Shown piece by piece: positions 17,652-27,427 of a stretch of DNA of 64,000 bases (its first letter is position 1; the number at the start of each line of letters is the position of its first letter). Position numbers and translations under genes: made by a program. Below the pieces are notes generated by a model. The model was not told the origin of the DNA. It saw only the letters and a list, made by a program, of their open reading frames with translations, and searched no databases. The stretch spans positions 372,001-436,000 of IMG/VR virus record IMGVR_UViG_3300049215_000771; one strand, given 5' to 3'.

Positions 17652-17707
17652 CACCCAGCACATCGTAATTTCCCACGAAGCCCAGGAATTGCCCTGGGCT
17701 TCTGCAC

Positions 17708-17736
17708 TTTACAACCCCACTAAAACGTGGTAGGAT
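17708..17736 (+). promoter_or_regulatory. early-type promoter, copy 1
   Basis: TTTACA-N17-TAGGAT with CCAC/GTGG inverted repeat in the spacer. Confidence 0.7.
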
Positions 17737-17857
17737 AGGCTCCGTGGCATACTTTGGCGATACGGTCTGCTGAATACCCGAAGAGGAAAATTCCGAACCT
17801 TGTATTGGCTAGGGGCGTCTTCCCTTCGGAGCAACAAGGTCAAACGGAGAGCGTTTC

Positions 17858-19219
17858 ATGCCTGAGCAACTGATTCTTCGGCGGCGGTTGGGCAAGAAAA
17901 CTGGCGATGACAAGATCGAGGCGCAGGTTGATTACATCATCCGACGTGGGCTGCATGGCAGCCGAGGCAAGGGATGGGAAGTCAACAAGCGTCGTCACCC
18001 GCCCCGCAAAAACGGCGACTGGTGGGAGTTTCGCTACGACCTGTCGTTTGAAAAAACCGGGGGTCGTGGTCGTGGTACGGACACCGAATACCGGCAGTGG
18101 GAAGACATCAAGGCGATGATTATCCAGCAGGGTGCTGCCGCCAAATTCGGCGACTACCCCTGGGAAATCTTCAAGCCAACCGGAGAAGCCATCGGCACAA
18201 CTGCTGAAAACATTCGGGCGGCTCAACAAGAAGTCCGCACGAACAATGCCCTGGCGAACCTGGGTGGCGCTCCCCAACTGACGGCCCCGCCCCCGCCCGC
18301 TCCCGACAACGCCGTGACGCCCGACGCCAACGCCGAATCCATCGGTGACGTGGTGGGCGAGTTGAACAAGATCGTGACCAGCCTGGGTGGGGTCCGGGAA
18401 GTCCAGACGACCTTCAGCGTGGTCAAATCCTGGTCCGACCTTCAGATTCCCCCTGAACTGCTCGGTCGTGACAGTGACTTCCATCTGTCGCAACACCCGG
18501 CCTGGGCCGAGTTGTACGGCGTCGGGGCACAGATTCGTACTGTGCTTTCCAACATCAAGCGGGCGCACGACACGGATGGTCGCAGCCGCAACCACGGCGT
18601 CCTTTACGGACACGCCGGCTGTGGCAAGACAACCACCTTGCTGGCGCTGGAAGCAATGTTCGGACCTGGCTCCGTCCTTCGCCTGGATGCTACCAGCACC
18701 ACCAGGGCAGGCATCGAGAAGCTGTTCTTCTCCGATCTGCCCGTCATTCCGCCGCTGGTGTTCATGGAAGAAGCTGAGAAGGCAGACCCGGAAGCGTTGA
18801 AGGTTTGGCTGGGTGCCCTCGACGACCGTGGCGAGATTCGGAAGGTCAACTTCCGGGTCAACCAGCTTCGTGAAGTCAAGGTTCTGTTCATCTGCACTGT
18901 CAACAACAAGACGTTGTTCGACAAGATGATGGGTTCCGATGGCAGCGAGGCGGGCGCTCTGTCGAGCCGTTGTGTCAGCCAAATTTACTTCCCCCGGCCC
19001 AGCGACGTGGTTCTCCGTCAGATTCTTCTGAAGGAAGTCCACCGCAACGGCGGCGAGGAAGCCTGGATCAATCCGTGTATTCTCATGGCCCAGGAATTGG
19101 GCGTCACCGACCCTCGCATCGTCCGGTCGTACCTGGCAGGTGGTGAACGGCTGCTGGACGGCAGCTACCAGCGGGACTGGCAGGCCATCGCCGAGGCTGC
19201 CAAGACTTTCAGGAAGTAA
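17858..19219 (+). CDS. AAA+ ATPase with unknown N-terminal domain
   Basis: Walker A GHAGCGKTT, Walker B LVFMEE, ICTVN sensor 1, ALSSRC arginine finger. Confidence 0.88.
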   Translation: MPEQLILRRRLGKKTGDDKIEAQVDYIIRRGLHGSRGKGWEVNKRRHPPRKNGDWWEFRYDLSFEKTGGRGRGTDTEYRQWEDIKAMIIQQGAAAKFGDYPWEIFKPTGEAIGTTAENIRAAQQEVRTNNALANLGGAPQLTAPPPPAPDNAVTPDANAESIGDVVGELNKIVTSLGGVREVQTTFSVVKSWSDLQIPPELLGRDSDFHLSQHPAWAELYGVGAQIRTVLSNIKRAHDTDGRSRNHGVLYGHAGCGKTTTLLALEAMFGPGSVLRLDATSTTRAGIEKLFFSDLPVIPPLVFMEEAEKADPEALKVWLGALDDRGEIRKVNFRVNQLREVKVLFICTVNNKTLFDKMMGSDGSEAGALSSRCVSQIYFPRPSDVVLRQILLKEVHRNGGEEAWINPCILMAQELGVTDPRIVRSYLAGGERLLDGSYQRDWQAIAEAAKTFRK

Positions 19220-19291
19220 CCCCCGGCGTACAATGGAGAACCGGCCAGATCGCCCCTGGCCGGTTTTCTTGCGAACCTGGGGAGCGAAACC

Positions 19292-19582
19292 TTGTCTATT
19301 ATGATACCCTGGCTGATTGGCTTGCTTGCCTTGACGCTGGTGTACTTGTGGATTCGGATAACTGCAAAACCGATCAGTGCCAATACGCTGCCGATATTGC
19401 CGCCCAACCCGATACCCAAGTTTATATGCCCGGCCTGCGGCTCCGAGTACAACGATGGTGGGCATTGCAAATGTCCACAAATCAACCTGGCAATGCTTGA
19501 TGCCGCCATGCAAGCAGAACGCATGAAGCCAGTCAAAGTGAAGAAGTACCGAAGTATCGACGACGATTGGAGGAGCGAATGA
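19292..19582 (+). CDS. small membrane protein with Zn-binding motif
   Basis: N-terminal TM; CPAC...CKC. Confidence 0.55.
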   Translation: MSIMIPWLIGLLALTLVYLWIRITAKPISANTLPILPPNPIPKFICPACGSEYNDGGHCKCPQINLAMLDAAMQAERMKPVKVKKYRSIDDDWRSE

Positions 19583-20766
19583 GCAGCTTGATTGTTGAAG
19601 TTTGCAAAGTGGATGAGGTTACGCCTCATCCCAACGCCGACCGGATGGCCGTCGCCAAAATCAAGGGATGGTACGTTTGTGTGGCGAAGGACGCTACTAC
19701 CGGCGAACCGTGGTGCAAGGCCGGCGACAAGGTGGTTTACTTCCCGCCCGACAGCGTTCTTCAGCCCGACGTGGCTGACAAGTTCGGCGTGACGAAATAC
19801 CTGGGCCACCTGCCCAAGAACGAGGATGGCACCCGGCCTCCGGGCGGGCGTGTCCTCGTGGCGAACCTCCGTGGCTTCAAAAGCTACGGCTTCGCTGGCC
19901 ATCTGGAAGACCCGACCTGGGAAGTCGGCAAGGACGTGGCCGAATACTACAAGGTCACGAAGTACGAGCCGCCGCTCCGGGCCAACCAGGGTGACGCCGA
20001 GCGTCCGCACCCGGCCTTCCACCGTTACTACGACATGGAGAACATCCGAAACTTCCTGGATGTCTTCAAGGAAGGCGAGGAAGTTGTCGTAACGGAGAAG
20101 ATTCACGGCGAGAACTGTCGCCTGGGTCTGATCCGGGACACCAACGACAAGGGCGAGGCCGTCTGGAAGTGGGCGGCAGGCACGCACGATGTTCGCCGCA
20201 AGAAGTTCTGGTACAAAAAGGACAAGGAAACCGGCCAGCCGGTCGGCGACCCGATCCTGTCGGCCCCGTGGCAGTGCTTCAACGACGCCATTCGGCAACT
20301 GTTGTGCCACATGACCAACTGTGGCTACACGCCGGAAGAAATCGACCAGGAGCCGCCCGTCCAGGGCGATACCAACTTCAATGTTGTTTTGTTCGGCGAG
20401 CGCTATGGCTGTGTTCAGGACTTGCACTACGGGTTCTCGAACGGGGCATTCGGTTTCCGAGCCTTCGACGTGACCCAGGATGGCAAGTACGCCGACCATG
20501 ACGTGAAGGCCAACTTGTTCCAGCGATTCGGCGTCGAACAAGTTCCAGTCCTGTGGCAAGGCCCGTACAGCTTCGAGCAGGTCGAGAAGCTGGCCGAGGA
20601 ACCAAAATCGGCGATGAGCGACAAGATGACCTTCCGGGAAGGCGTGGTCGTCACTACGGCGCAGGAACGTCCGGCCATCACGGAGAAGAAGGTCATGGAG
20701 CGGGCACAACTGAAGTGCATCAGCTTCGCTTACCTGAACCGGAAAGATGGGACCGAGTTCAAGTAA
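19579..20766 (+). CDS. RNA ligase, DRB0094-like (OB domain + Rnl2-type ligase)
   Basis: HPNADR, GDKVVYFPPDS, motif I TEKIHGEN, FGE, FRAFDV, REGVVV. Confidence 0.92.
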   Translation: MSSLIVEVCKVDEVTPHPNADRMAVAKIKGWYVCVAKDATTGEPWCKAGDKVVYFPPDSVLQPDVADKFGVTKYLGHLPKNEDGTRPPGGRVLVANLRGFKSYGFAGHLEDPTWEVGKDVAEYYKVTKYEPPLRANQGDAERPHPAFHRYYDMENIRNFLDVFKEGEEVVVTEKIHGENCRLGLIRDTNDKGEAVWKWAAGTHDVRRKKFWYKKDKETGQPVGDPILSAPWQCFNDAIRQLLCHMTNCGYTPEEIDQEPPVQGDTNFNVVLFGERYGCVQDLHYGFSNGAFGFRAFDVTQDGKYADHDVKANLFQRFGVEQVPVLWQGPYSFEQVEKLAEEPKSAMSDKMTFREGVVVTTAQERPAITEKKVMERAQLKCISFAYLNRKDGTEFK

Positions 20767-20796
20767 GCCGAAAAAACCTGACATCAAGAACGTATT

Positions 20797-20831
20797 AAGG
20801 GGTAGCGATGTCCAAATCGCTGCCCTTTTTT
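20797..20831 (+). terminator. intrinsic terminator
   Basis: GGGTAGCGAT-loop-ATCGCTGCCC followed by T6. Confidence 0.7.
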
Positions 20832-21155
20832 CGTTTTTGTATGCACACGGATGCCTTCTCATGGACATACCTATGAGGAGGTAATCAAAATCGGGCGGCG
20901 TGCGTATCTTATTGTGTCAGGTTTTCCGTTCTCGATTGTTTTCTTTGTTACAGATCGCCGTTCTCAGTCCCATATTAGATAGAGGGAAAAACGGGGGAGA
21001 AATCCGCCCGCCGAGCGACTTTTTGTTTCTACGGGATGTAATGCAGTGGAACGCTTGGCCGTCTTCAAGAATGTTGGGAAAAATCGGACGACTGAAAGCG
21101 TTTACCTGTCAGCGAGACTTAACCAGCGGCGTATTATTCAAGGGAGGGAACAGAG

Positions 21156-21593
21156 ATGAAACATCTGCACCGTCGCAACCGGAACGTCCGCAGCATTGGC
21201 TATTTGGACAAAAAATCCACGCTCGATGCCATCGAGCAGGAGGAACGGATGTCCTACGTCAACGGGACCATGCGGGTCAGCGATCTGCAAGAAGTTCAAA
21301 AATTTGTGAACCTCTTCAAGCAGGGCGATGTCTTGAAGGTGACACTGCGTCGGCGCTCTTTCCAGGGAACCCTGCTTGGCTATCGTCGCCATGAACGGCG
21401 GGGCTGGGTGATGGGTATTCTTGAGAGCAGGCCCGGCACGGTGAAAGATGTCACCATCGACCCGAAAGGGTATGAGAGCATCTTGGACGACATCTTGGAG
21501 ATCATGGTGGACAGCAAGTCCCGTTACATCTCCCTGGTCACGCCCTACGAGGCGATCCTGCAAATTACACCATTGGAGAAGATGACAGCATGA
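21156..21593 (+). CDS. hypothetical protein
   Basis: GGAGG RBS; ATGA-coupled to Thg1 gene. Confidence 0.75.
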   Translation: MKHLHRRNRNVRSIGYLDKKSTLDAIEQEERMSYVNGTMRVSDLQEVQKFVNLFKQGDVLKVTLRRRSFQGTLLGYRRHERRGWVMGILESRPGTVKDVTIDPKGYESILDDILEIMVDSKSRYISLVTPYEAILQITPLEKMTA

Positions 21594-22396
21594 ACGATTC
21601 ACTTGGCGACCGCATGAAATTCTACGAGATGGAGCAGGCGGGCCGTCGCCTGCTCCCGTTGATCCCGGTTATGGCTCGGATCGACGGGCGCTCCTTCTCG
21701 GCCTTCACTCGTGGTCTGGAACGGCCTTACGACAGCCGCCTGTCGGATTTGATGATCGAGACAGTGAAATATCTCGTCCAGGAAACAAACGCCAACTGTG
21801 GCTACACTCAGTCGGACGAAATCTCGCTGACGTGGTACACTCCCACGACCGAGAGCGAAATTTTCTTCAACGGACGTGTGCAGAAGATGGAATCCGTGTT
21901 GGCTGGTATGACCAGCACCTACTTCCTCTACATGCTCCCGAAGTTCCTGCCGGCTGAGTACGCCGAGAAGCTGCCGCACTTCGACGCCCGTGTGTGGAAT
22001 GTTCCCACGCTGGAAGAAGGTGCCAACTGCTTCCTGTGGCGGGAATGGGACGCCACGAAGAACAGCATCAGCATGGCTGCCCAGCACTACTACAGCCACA
22101 ACGAATTGATGGGCAAGAATGGTTCCGACAAGCAAGAAATGCTGTGGCAGAAGGGTGTGAACTGGAACGACTACCCTGATTTCTTCAAGCGGGGCAGCTA
22201 CATCCAGCGCCGCAAAACCGAGCGGAAGTTCACAACCAACGAGTTGGAGGCGCTGCCGCCCAAGCACCAGGCTCGTCTGAACCCGGACCTGATCGTTGAA
22301 CGAACGGATTACGTTCGTGTTGACATGCCGCCCCTGGGCAAAATCATCAACCGGGTCAATGTCATCTACAACGGCGAGGAACCCGTCGTTGGCTAA
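21590..22396 (+). CDS. thg1: tRNA(His) guanylyltransferase / Thg1-like 3'-5' polymerase
   Basis: RMKFYE, RIDGRSFS, YTQSDEIS, FDAR, WREWDATKNSI, GVNWND. Confidence 0.93.
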   Translation: MNDSLGDRMKFYEMEQAGRRLLPLIPVMARIDGRSFSAFTRGLERPYDSRLSDLMIETVKYLVQETNANCGYTQSDEISLTWYTPTTESEIFFNGRVQKMESVLAGMTSTYFLYMLPKFLPAEYAEKLPHFDARVWNVPTLEEGANCFLWREWDATKNSISMAAQHYYSHNELMGKNGSDKQEMLWQKGVNWNDYPDFFKRGSYIQRRKTERKFTTNELEALPPKHQARLNPDLIVERTDYVRVDMPPLGKIINRVNVIYNGEEPVVG

Positions 22397-22454
22397 AAAT
22401 ACGACCCCAGCATTGTTGCTGGGGTCGTACTCTTTTACGGGCAAGGAGGATCGT

Positions 22455-22916
22455 ATGATCTTGAAAATTGAAAAACCCTTGCCGGAATATGTTGTAAAAC
22501 AAATCGAGAAACTAGAATTCGACAAGTCGTGCATTCGTCGTTGTCCTGTCTACATCGCAGAAGAAGATGCAGCGACCTACATTCACCCTGAATCTTTCGA
22601 TTTCTCGGACGTGTTTGGCCAATGCGAAATCATCCAACTGAAGGGATACCCGCCCGTAGTTTCCAAGTTCGAGTTTGAGAAAAACCAACGCTCTTTCGAG
22701 GCGGAAGCGGCTGCCAACATTGAGCAGTACGGCGCAGAAAAATACATGCAGGAAGAATATGGCGTGCGCTGGTCTGAGAAAGACCGGGCATGGGAAACCA
22801 TCAAGCCAACTGTCGATGTCGGAGTAGAAGAACTTGCCAGCCTCAGTGAAGAAGAACTGGAGAGCGCCTACATCGAAGCAATGGAAATCATCAAGAAAAG
22901 AAGGGAGCAACAATGA
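22455..22916 (+). CDS. hypothetical protein
   Basis: AAGGAGG RBS; ATGA overlap with next gene. Confidence 0.75.
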   Translation: MILKIEKPLPEYVVKQIEKLEFDKSCIRRCPVYIAEEDAATYIHPESFDFSDVFGQCEIIQLKGYPPVVSKFEFEKNQRSFEAEAAANIEQYGAEKYMQEEYGVRWSEKDRAWETIKPTVDVGVEELASLSEEELESAYIEAMEIIKKRREQQ

Positions 22917-23764
22917 AAGGAATTATCCTTGCGGGCGGTCTAGGTACGAGATTATACCCATTGACCAAAGTGACAAATAAATGCCTGCTGCCTGTTTACA
23001 ACAAGCCGATGATCTACTATCCCATCCAGACGATGGTGGATTCCGGCATCAATGACATCTTGCTGGTTTGCGGCGGTAACGCAGCCGGCGAGTTTTTGCG
23101 CATCTTGGGCAATGGTGAAGAATTCGGCCTGAAACATCTTCACTACACCTATCAAAGCGAACCTCGTGGTATTGCCGACGCCTTGGGCCTGGCAGAAGAA
23201 TGGGCTGACGGCGAGCCAGTAACGGTCATCCTCGCTGACAACGTGTTGGAAAATCCCTTCCCGAAGATCGTCAAGGAATTCGAGGCTCACCCTGAAGGAG
23301 CGAGGATTTTTCTCACTGAGGTTGAACACCCGGAGTGGTACGGCGTTGTTGAATTGAACGATAAGGGCAAGGTATTGAGTATTGAGGAAAAACCCAAACA
23401 ACCCAAAAGTAAGCTGGTGGCGATTGGTGTGTATATGTATGATAGCGGGGTGTGGCGATATATACGCACCCTCACTCCATCGGCCAGGAATGAATTGGAA
23501 ATTACCGATCTGAACAACCGCTATCTTGCGAAAGGTAAACTGCGGGCGTATAAAATCGACGGATGGTGGGCCGACTGTGGCGAAAGCATCGACGCCTACC
23601 TCGCATCCTGTGTCAAAGCGAGTCAATTCAATGCCAAGCGAGCAAGCCAGGAAAAAAATCGAGTTGTACGTTCTGAAGTACAGAGAGAAAAGCGGGACTG
23701 CTGCACACCCCGATCCGGCAGTGACGGAGGGTGTTGTGTTGGGTCTGGCGCAAAATCTGGATGA
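22913..23764 (+). CDS. rmlA: glucose-1-phosphate thymidylyltransferase (RmlA/SpsI-like)
   Basis: GIILAGGLGTRLYPLT, LLPVYNKPMIYY, Q..PRGIADA, EEKP, SARNELEITD. Confidence 0.9.
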   Translation: MKGIILAGGLGTRLYPLTKVTNKCLLPVYNKPMIYYPIQTMVDSGINDILLVCGGNAAGEFLRILGNGEEFGLKHLHYTYQSEPRGIADALGLAEEWADGEPVTVILADNVLENPFPKIVKEFEAHPEGARIFLTEVEHPEWYGVVELNDKGKVLSIEEKPKQPKSKLVAIGVYMYDSGVWRYIRTLTPSARNELEITDLNNRYLAKGKLRAYKIDGWWADCGESIDAYLASCVKASQFNAKRASQEKNRVVRSEVQREKRDCCTPRSGSDGGCCVGSGAKSG

Positions 23765-24011
23765 ACTCGGTCGCCCGCTTTGCCCCTGCAACTACTACCC
23801 GGACAAGGCGGCTGAAGTTGCCAGGGGCAGGGAGTGGTTTTGTGCTTGTGACGAAATGAAGAAATACAAGTTCTGCCACTGCCTGCTATTCACCACTCCC
23901 GAAGGACTTCCCATCACGGAGTACCTGCCGGAAGGTCACTACGCCCGTGATACTTACGGCATCATCAAAGACCCTACGCCTGGAAAGGGGAGAGAAAGTG
24001 CTGCAAAGTGA
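23631..24011 (+). CDS. ftrC: ferredoxin:thioredoxin reductase catalytic subunit
   Basis: GLAQNLDELGRPLCPC, WFCAC, CHCLLF pattern. Confidence 0.85.
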   Translation: MPSEQARKKIELYVLKYREKSGTAAHPDPAVTEGVVLGLAQNLDELGRPLCPCNYYPDKAAEVARGREWFCACDEMKKYKFCHCLLFTTPEGLPITEYLPEGHYARDTYGIIKDPTPGKGRESAAK

Positions 24012-24573
24012 AGCTCTCCAACTGTTGAGCAACAAAGTCTGCGGCTGTAACAAGTGCCCGGAAATGTTGCTCAGTCGTAGCAAGGTCGTGTTCGGTGAAG
24101 GAAACCCGAATGCCGACATCGTGTTCTGCGGCGAGGCTCCCGGCAAAACCGAAGACAAAGAAGGTCGTCCCTTCTGCGGCGAGGCTGGAAGGCTGCTCGA
24201 CAACATCATCAAGGCATGTGGATGGAAACGAGATGAAGTTTACATCCTCAACACAGTCAAGTGCCATCCCGACAACAACCGAGTGCCCAGCCAGGAAGAA
24301 GTTGCCAACTGCCGGCCATACCTCGATCTTCAACTGAAAGTCATCAAGCCGAAGATCATCGTGTGCCTGGGAGCGACGGCTGCACAAAATCTGCTAAAGT
24401 GTGCCGAACCAGTTAGCAAACTGCGGAATTCGTGGTATCATTACGTCAATGAGCCTGTCAAGGCCAAAGTGCGAGTAACTTTCCACCCTGCGTATCTGCT
24501 GAGGAATCCAGCAGATAAGTCAAAAGTGTGGGATGATATGCAAGAAGTCCTGAAGGAACTCCACAATGGATGA
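23998..24573 (+). CDS. uracil-DNA glycosylase family 4
   Basis: CNKC, GEAPG, GRPF.GEAGRLL, NTVKCHP..NR.P, TFHPAYLLRNP. Confidence 0.93.
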   Translation: MLQSEALQLLSNKVCGCNKCPEMLLSRSKVVFGEGNPNADIVFCGEAPGKTEDKEGRPFCGEAGRLLDNIIKACGWKRDEVYILNTVKCHPDNNRVPSQEEVANCRPYLDLQLKVIKPKIIVCLGATAAQNLLKCAEPVSKLRNSWYHYVNEPVKAKVRVTFHPAYLLRNPADKSKVWDDMQEVLKELHNG

Positions 24574-24763
24574 ACTTGTCATCACTGTCAACGGCGTGAG
24601 ATTGACCCAAGGGCAAGCCCTGACCGTTCATGTCGCCCTAAACGCTTACGCCGGCCACCTTTCCGCCAAGGAAAACACTTTGGGGGATGACGAACACGGC
24701 AAGGCGATGAAGGAAGGATACCTTCGTAATATCCAAGGGATTCAGAAACTCTACATCAAATGA
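24566..24763 (+). CDS. small hypothetical protein
   Basis: Coupled ORF with AAGGA RBS. Confidence 0.7.
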   Translation: MDELVITVNGVRLTQGQALTVHVALNAYAGHLSAKENTLGDDEHGKAMKEGYLRNIQGIQKLYIK

Positions 24764-25575
24764 AAGAAGTCGTAGACATCCCGGTTCTTTGGCGCTCGCA
24801 CAGCCCGCACGAGATCGGCCCCAGGCCGACCAAGCTGGAAATCCCCGGCTGGGCGGGTGAGAAAACCAGCGGCGACGGTGCCAAACCACAGCCCTGGCAC
24901 TGTATGCCCTGGGTAGAAGCGAGCATCTACGGCATCGAGTTGGTTTTTCCCTGGGAAGAATTCCGCATCTCTACCAAGAACAACAAACTCATCGTTGAAG
25001 GAAACGAACCACGCCTTGAAGGTCACATTCCCTTCAAAGCCTTCGCTCCGGGCCACTATGGGTTCGGGTCTGGTCTGGATATTCAGGTTCCGCCTAACCA
25101 CATCCTTCGCCTGGAACCCCATCCACGATATTTCGTTGACACCACTGGCACTGTACCCCTGCTTGTTCCTGGACACCTTCAGACCGAATGGTGGACCAGG
25201 ACATTCTTCATTGTCTTCAAGATGCCCCCGGAAGGGCAGACACATATTTTTCGCAAGAATGAAGGTTACGGCCAGGCGTTTATCCTTCCCCAAAAAGTCA
25301 AGTACGATATTGCCCGCATGACCGATGAGCAGGCCGAGAAGCGTATACGCTGGGAGCGTATCAGTTACTTCTACGATACTCAGATCGGCAGGAAAGACTG
25401 GACCGCCCATGACGGCCATCGCTTCAACGACAAATACAAAGTAATGGCCCATGCGTGGAAAAATGGAGGCGAGGCAGCTTTGGAGAAGCTGTTCAGTATC
25501 GCTGCCATGAAAGCTGAAGTCAAACCAACGCAGAAGAAGATCAAGAACCGACTCGTAAAAAGGGGAAAACCATGA
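24760..25575 (+). CDS. hypothetical protein (possibly DUF6065 / dUTPase-like fold)
   Basis: CMPWVEAS.YGIEL, G.LQTEWW motifs; coupled in operon. Confidence 0.65.
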   Translation: MKEVVDIPVLWRSHSPHEIGPRPTKLEIPGWAGEKTSGDGAKPQPWHCMPWVEASIYGIELVFPWEEFRISTKNNKLIVEGNEPRLEGHIPFKAFAPGHYGFGSGLDIQVPPNHILRLEPHPRYFVDTTGTVPLLVPGHLQTEWWTRTFFIVFKMPPEGQTHIFRKNEGYGQAFILPQKVKYDIARMTDEQAEKRIRWERISYFYDTQIGRKDWTAHDGHRFNDKYKVMAHAWKNGGEAALEKLFSIAAMKAEVKPTQKKIKNRLVKRGKP

Positions 25576-26954
25576 ACGACTGGCTCAACAACATCTGCTG
25601 GCTCACTGACTCCTACAAGGTCAGCCACTTCAAGCAGTACCCGCCCGGCACGCAGAAGGTGTACTCGTACTTCGAGTCCCGGTCTGGCAGCGTTTACCCG
25701 GAAGTCACCTTCTTCGGCCTCCAGTATTTCCTGAAAACTTACCTGGAGGGTCCGGTCGTCACGCACAAGAAGATCGACACTGCTGAGGAGTTGTTCAACC
25801 TGCACTTCGGCGGCAAAGTTTTCAACCGGGACGGCTGGAAGAACCTCTACTACAAGCACGGAGGGCGGCTGCCTATCGAGATCAGGGCCGTGCCGGAAGG
25901 CACCGTGGTCCCGGAATCCAACGTCCTGATGACGGTGGAAAACACCGACCCGGAATTCTACTGGCTCACCAATTATCTCGAAACCCTGCTCGTGCAAACA
26001 TGGTATCCCTCCACGGTCGCCACGCAAAGCCGGGCCATGAAGAAGGTGATCCTGGGATATTTGAACGACACGGGCGATCCCGCCCTCATTCCGTTCAAGT
26101 TGCACGACTTCGGGTTCCGTGGTGTGACATGCCCGGAGCAGGCCGCTTTGGGCGGTGCCGCACACTTGGTCAACTTCATGGGGACGGATACTGTCGCCGG
26201 CCTGGTGCTGGCACGAGAATTCTACAACGAACCCATCGCTGGCTTCAGCATCCCTGCTGCCGAACACTCGACCATCACAAGCTGGGGCGAGGAAAACGAA
26301 GTCGCAGCGATGAGAAACATGCTTCGCAGTTATCCAACGGGACTGGTCGCCGTCGTTTCCGACAGCTTCGATGTGTTCCGGGCGTGCAGTGAGTATTGGG
26401 GCGGGGTGTTGAAAGCAGAAGTGCTGGCGAGGGACGGCACCCTCGTCGTTCGGCCCGATAGTGGTGATCCGCCCAGGGTCGTATGCAAAGTTCTCGAACT
26501 CCTTGGGGAGAAGTTCGGTTTCTCCCTCAATGAGAAAGGATACCGAGTCCTTCACCCCAAGGTTCGAGTGATCCAAGGCGATGGAATCGACTACAGGATG
26601 CTGGGCTTGATCCTGGAGGCGATGAAGAACGACCACTGGTCTGCTGACAATATCGCCTTCGGCAGCGGCGGCGGGCTACTGCAAAAAGTGAATCGTGATA
26701 CCGAGCGATTCGCCTTCAAGTGTGCTTCCGTCACAGTGAACAATATCGAGAGGGACGTATTCAAACGTCCCATCACGGACGGAGGCAAGAAGTCCAAGGC
26801 CGGGCGATTGAAGCTGGTGAAAGATCAAACCAAAGGCTTCATTACTGTCCCCGTCACCGAAGCCGGCAACGACATTCTTGAACCCGTATTCAAGAACGGA
26901 CAAGTCCTCAAAACCACCAACTTCAAGGCCATTCGTGAACGAGCCTCTGCCTGA
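25572..26954 (+). CDS. nadV: nicotinamide phosphoribosyltransferase (NAMPT)
   Basis: TDSYKVSH, FFGLQY, KLHDFGFRG, SIPAAEHST, VVSDS, RPDSGDP, IQGDG, FGSGGGLLQ. Confidence 0.97.
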   Translation: MNDWLNNICWLTDSYKVSHFKQYPPGTQKVYSYFESRSGSVYPEVTFFGLQYFLKTYLEGPVVTHKKIDTAEELFNLHFGGKVFNRDGWKNLYYKHGGRLPIEIRAVPEGTVVPESNVLMTVENTDPEFYWLTNYLETLLVQTWYPSTVATQSRAMKKVILGYLNDTGDPALIPFKLHDFGFRGVTCPEQAALGGAAHLVNFMGTDTVAGLVLAREFYNEPIAGFSIPAAEHSTITSWGEENEVAAMRNMLRSYPTGLVAVVSDSFDVFRACSEYWGGVLKAEVLARDGTLVVRPDSGDPPRVVCKVLELLGEKFGFSLNEKGYRVLHPKVRVIQGDGIDYRMLGLILEAMKNDHWSADNIAFGSGGGLLQKVNRDTERFAFKCASVTVNNIERDVFKRPITDGGKKSKAGRLKLVKDQTKGFITVPVTEAGNDILEPVFKNGQVLKTTNFKAIRERASA

Positions 26955-26990
26955 AAACGCTAAACGCCTGAGAAGTCTGTTGAAGGCTTC

Positions 26991-27248
26991 TCAGGCGCAG
27001 GCAGATGCGGGCATGTACTCCCTCACTCCTCCCTCATCCTCCTGCTTGACGAGAACGCCATTGTTGACGAGGCGCATAAGCGCCTGATGAACAACATTCG
27101 ACAAGCGCTCCCTGCTTCGGTTGATGTAGCCCCTCTCCAACAAGGCCGTGACAAACTCGGCATGGCGAAGCCCGTCCGGGTGATCGTGAGCGATCTCCTG
27201 AAGCAAGTTATCCAGGTTGGCGGTCTGGATGCCAATTTCGTGTGCCAT
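26991..27248 (-). CDS. winged-HTH (HARE-HTH-like) protein
   Basis: GLRHAEFVTALLERGY...VHQALMRLV..GVL; GGAG RBS. Confidence 0.65.
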   Translation of the reverse strand: MAHEIGIQTANLDNLLQEIAHDHPDGLRHAEFVTALLERGYINRSRERLSNVVHQALMRLVNNGVLVKQEDEGGVREYMPASACA

Positions 27249-27427
27249 TTCAAGGACTCCAGCGCTAATCGTTGTTCTCCTTCGGTCTGATCTTCCTTTA
27301 CACTCATCGCAGCTACGATGCCAACGAGGGTGTTTTCAAGAAGAAGTTTTTTCTGTGGTTGTACACACCACTAGATGGACGTAATTTAACTGGAAAATGG
27401 TCGCTTCGCAAGCGGTAAAACGCAGTT

